Source: the human T2T-CHM13v2.0 reference genome, Homo sapiens
NCBI RefSeq assembly: GCF_009914755.1
Contig: NC_060937.1
Reading direction: 5' to 3' (one strand)
Length of the DNA: 64,000 nt
In this document: piece after piece, positions 59,874-64,000 of the stretch
Position numbering within the stretch: position 1 is the stretch's first letter
Layout of the letters: each line of letters begins with the position of its first letter
Position numbers and translations under genes: made by a program
The notes under the pieces: generated by a model
Seen by the model: only the letters and a program-made list of their open reading frames with translations
Told to the model about the DNA's origin: nothing
Databases searched by the model: none

Positions 59874-60159
59874 CCTCTGTTTTTCAATTGAATACTTTCT
59901 ATTGGTCTATCTTCAAGTTCACCAATGAATTCTGTCACCTACATTCTGCTACTGAGCCCACATAGTGATCTTTTATATATTGTTACTTTCTAATTTCCTT
60001 TGTATCTAATAGTTTAACAATTGATTATCTTGGGATATAATTATATCATCTTCCAGTCATGATAATTTTACCACCTGCTATGGTTTGAATGTATCTGCTA
60101 AAGTTCATGTGTTGGAAACTTGATTCCCACTTCAGTCAGGATCTCTTTGAAATTAAGAA

Positions 60160-60195
60160 GTGTGTGTGTGAGTGTGTGTGTGTGTGTGTGTGTGT
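60160..60195. repeat. (TG)n microsatellite
   Basis: Direct observation. Confidence 0.95.
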
Positions 60196-60399
60196 CCTTG
60201 CTGCCTGAGGGTGGAGGAAGAAATTGTGAACAGGAATCCTGTATTTGCTTGTCTGTGTCAGGGGAAAAGAATTATACCCCAATTCTTTTCCGCTGATCCT
60301 CAAGCCTGGGAAATTTTAAAGGAGATGGGAAACGACCCCGCCTTCTTATGAATATGCAACAGTAAGGGGTTGGGAGAAGGGAGAGAAAAGGCCTGCAAG

Positions 60400-61350
60400 A
60401 AATTCACCCCAGGTCCTCCTGCTCCGGGCTCAGCCCGGGCCCCCCACCGTCCTACCCACGAAGAACAGCAAACAATAGCACAGCCCCGGCCCTGGAAGCC
60501 GAGCTAGCCGCAGAGGGTGATGCGGAACTGCTCATCGCCAGGGAAACGCGGCATTCGGACAGCCGTCCAGAGCCTGTCTGAGTTCTGCTGGGCGGGGAGC
60601 CAGAGACTAATTCGCTGCGGTCCTGGGCCCAGCGGCTGGGAGGTCCCGCCCTGGCCGAGGAAATGAAGAGGGCGCAGGGCATGGGGGCGGCGCGCACCCG
60701 GGACAGTTTCCAGTCGGCTTCTCCGTGACCTTCCTCCCCCTTCCAGCTCGGAGCGGGATGCTGGGATCCCTCCAAGGACCCTCTGAGGACGTAGGAGGGA
60801 TGCTGAGACAGGCAAGTGGGATTTCTCTACATATTGTCACCTCGCCCGCACTTTTGGAGAAGGTAGAGCCAAGCAGCATTTGGCCGAAATCCTGTGCCCG
60901 TGGAACATTTTTTTCCTGAAGTGGGGGGTGAAAGTTGATGATCAGCGGCTCCGGGTAGGAGAAGGGATAGAGCTATAGGTGCGGTGAGGTTAGAGAAGTT
61001 GTCATGGCCGAGCTTGCAGTGAGCCGAGATCGCGCCACTCCATCCTCGGCGACAGAGCGAGACTCCGTCTCAAAAAAAAAAGAAGAAAAGAAAAGTTGCC
61101 GCGGCCCCAGCAGGCTCAAGGGGTGAGCGCATAGGGGCGCCGGGGCAGTAGTTGCACAAAGCCAGCCTGGCGGTCGCGTTGCCATGGCAGCGGGGGAGGG
61201 GCCGAGCCGCAGCGTGGCTGTGTTGCCGGGCGACGGAGGAGCCGCGGGGGAGGCCGAAATCTCCCGGTGCTCAGCGTCACTGCGTGAGCCCCCACTCTGA
61301 TGCTTCGTTGGTGTGTGTGTCTGTCGGTGTCAATCCACAGTCCGCTGGCA
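60400..61350. promoter_or_regulatory. CpG-island-like promoter with RFX X-box motifs (possibly the distal SPATA13 promoter; unverified)
   Basis: CpG-dense unique sequence; GTTGCCATGGCAGC at 61178-61191 and GTTGCCGGGCGAC at 61222-61234; possible donor ttg|gttagg at ~61365. Confidence 0.65.
61010..61092 (+). mobile_element. Severely 5'-truncated AluY inside the CpG island
   Basis: gagcttgcagtgagccgagatcgcgccac..gcgagactccgtctc(A)n; flanking direct repeats. Confidence 0.9.
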
Positions 61351-61476
61351 GCCTCTGTCACTTGGTTAGGGAATAAACTATCACCTACTTAATACCTTAA
61401 TGCTCTGCTTTTGAAAATATTTGGATTGTGGTGTTATGGAAGACATGAACAAGAATAGTACTCCTACTTAACGAAG

Positions 61477-61778
61477 TTTTGTTTTGTTTTGTTCGTTTTG
61501 AGACAGTCTTACTTTGTCGCCCAGGTTGGAGGGCAGTGGCGGATCTTAGCTCACTGAAACCTCTGCCTCCCGGGTTCAAGCGATTCTCCTGCCTCACCCT
61601 CCCGAGTAGCTGGGATTACAGGCGGCCGTCGCTACACAAGGCTAATTTTTGTATTTTTAATAGAGAAAGGGTTTCACCATAATGGCCAGGCTGGTCTCAA
61701 ACTCCTGACCTCAGGTGATCCGCCCGCCTCGGCCTCCCTAAGTGCTGGGATTAGAAGCTTGAGCCACTGCGCCTGGCC
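61477..61778 (-). mobile_element. AluS
   Basis: Full Alu; TSD-like aacgaagtttt/aacaaagtttt. Confidence 0.92.
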
Positions 61779-63544
61779 AACAAAGTTTTTTAAAAAATAC
61801 GTTGTATTTCCTCGTTTTTAAGGTAGCATCTACTGATGGGAGTTCCTTAATTATCATTTAAAAAGTAAAGTACAGAACCAGATTTGGATCCACGAAACGA
61901 ATTGTTCCTCAGCTTTTCAAACATACTAACCAAAAACATTTGCAAAAGAAAAATATATAAAGCCGGTAGCAGTACTAAATATTAGGCCCAGCACTAAAAA
62001 TGCAGACAGTTCTACTGTTGGAAAGATGGCGACTTTCACAAAGGACTAGAGAGCATCAGCCTCATTTTATTTCTATGGGTATTTTCATACATGGAGATGT
62101 GCTAGGTGATTTTGTCTTACTATGTCAAAGATTACTTGTTTTAGCCATATACCATAGGAAAAAAAAAATGTCAAGGGGTTCGAATGATCTTTTTTAGAGC
62201 AGTTTTTTTGTAGCTACAATAGTACTTCTATTTTACAAATTATGTTATTTGTTTACTCAGATACTCATTCATCAAACATTTACTGAGGCTCTACTATGTG
62301 ATGTGTACAGTGCTAGACTTGAGAGCAGAGAGATAAGTGGTGAGAAGAACATACAAAACTGAATTAGAAAAATTCACAGTTTCGGGAGCCGGAAATGCTA
62401 GGAAGCAGTTGTAAACCACTGTGGTACATTCTCATTGTGAGATGCCACCAGGACAGCCCCTGCTACTGGCCAGGGCCTCAGGTACACAGACCACAGCTGA
62501 GCTTGGAACTTCATTTGCGTTGTGGGTTTTGCTCTTTCAAGGCAGGCATTTTTGGACCCATTTAAAATAGAAGGAGTCCAGCACTCAGAGAAGTGCGGTG
62601 ATAAGCCTCATGTCTCACCGCCAGTCAGGCTCAAGATCCAAAAGCCACTGCTATGACATATATTTTGGAACATTCGCCCTTTGATCATTAAATCCTCACT
62701 ACCTGAATGACTATATTTTTTGATCATTCATAATGGTAAGTGAATTTCTTAAAAACAATAACTGTGATGCAATTTTCTTTTTGGTTGAGATCTGAAGTCA
62801 CGTATTTCTAAAATCAGATACCAATTGCATTCTGAAGATGTGTTCTTCCAACTGGAATGTTGTCATTGTCAATAATACTTTTTCCAGGGGTTCCTGGGAA
62901 GTAAATGAGAAAATTTAAATTTGGTTATTCATGATTTTAAAACATGTAAAGATGTGTGTGTTTTAAAGTACTGTGTTTAATAAATCGCTATAGCATTAGA
63001 TTTGTTTAAAGCAAAATACACTAGTTATCATTTAAGTTTTTATTAACTTTTTAAATTTTTTGTCAGATTTCTTACTTTCCACTTGCAGCCACATTAGAGA
63101 GGTCATAGGAAAAATTTCTACCTAGAAAGTTCAGGTATGGACCTGGCTGGTCCTGCATGAAGACTTTGCTATGCATTTTCCACTGCAGCCTGGGAAACCT
63201 CTTTGAACTAATTTTATAAGCTATTTTACTGTTAAAATTTTATTTTTTCAAATAGATTGCAGAATCCCTGAAGGCAAGGACCAGGTCTTCTGTGTCTTTA
63301 GAATTCTCTTCATAATACTAAATACAACACTCTTCATAAATATTAACTGGCAGAAAAAGCAAAAATAAACTTTACCGGACTGATGAAAACTAGAGTAGAA
63401 CTAATACTTTTATAGATACTATCCTGAGTCACAGAAGTTTTGCTTATTTGCTGATTTTTTTTTCATTAAACTCTACTGTGAAATGCTAGGGAGTACCTAT
63501 TTCATAGGTAGAAAAACTGAGTTGTAGTGATTAGCATATGAAAT

Positions 63545-63680
63545 ATTTTTCAATGCATTATCTTCATTGAGCCTTACAACAACCACTCAGGAATTCACAT
63601 CACCATTTTTTAAATATGTGAGAAAACAGAAGCTCAGAGAAGTTGAACGAGTCAGACAGGGTCACCCAGAAAGGAAGAGG
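63545..63680. mobile_element. MIR SINE
   Basis: ccttacaacaacc..tgagaaaacagaagctcagagaagttgaa. Confidence 0.65.
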
Positions 63681-64000
63681 TGCATCTTCTGACCGTGTCA
63701 CATGATTTTTATTCTGCCATTGCAAACCAGGTACACGTGTGAGCTTCGGGAGGCTGGGTCTCCCACCAGCCCTGGAGTGCTAGGTGCAAGATCCCTTCTC
63801 TCCCTCACCTCCTCAAGGCTGCTCTGCCGTCTGGGAAGAAGGTGAGAGAAACTCTTTCAAAAGACAAAGGGGCAGGGCCAGTGAAAGGAGGAGCTGGAGA
63901 GGGGCTCCCTGGAGCAAAATGAAGTGAGATTGAGAAGGAAGAGTCAAGTGAAGTTGATCGAAAACCAGCCACTGTTCAAAAATGGGAGTGAGGGGATGGG

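Noticed and set aside
60077-60131. 55-bp near-copy of 52168-52222 suggesting a local duplication
   Set aside because: Both are the conserved 5' end of MST MaLR LTRs; independent insertions explain it.

Overview
Primate (hominid) genomic DNA. An SVA of D-like type suggests human, chimpanzee or gorilla. There is no intact protein-coding gene and nothing prokaryotic. The window is dominated by retro- and DNA-transposon relics: about 33 Alus, several L1s, MER11 and LTR12 solo LTRs, MaLRs, ERV internal pieces, Tigger/MER6/MER2/MER20, Hsmar1 and one 5'-truncated SVA. The recognisable gene is an unprocessed, 3'-truncated ANKRD20A-family pseudogene on the minus strand (exons 1-3, 22152-26805; start codon lost, exon 1 frameshifted). 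The most unusual structure is a ~17.5-kb block (19457-36915) bracketed by two inverted, colinear copies of a ~70-bp-unit GA/CT-rich degenerate tandem repeat. Inside it lie the ANKRD20A 5' end, a GC-rich Alu-free segment, an LTR12, and a ~650-bp imperfect palindrome (34838-35487). The palindrome has three CCAAT boxes per arm, and both arms resemble BAGE-like first exons facing outward, which suggests a mirror-duplicated bidirectional promoter. On both sides of the block, unique AT-rich DNA carries series of short plus-strand exon-like segments that may be an unidentified decayed gene. A CpG-rich promoter-like region with RFX X-boxes lies at ~60.4-61.35 kb. From memory this layout fits human 13q12 (ANKRD20A19P next to the distal SPATA13 promoter), but that is unverified. 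Repeat subfamily calls are from recalled consensus features and boundaries are approximate.
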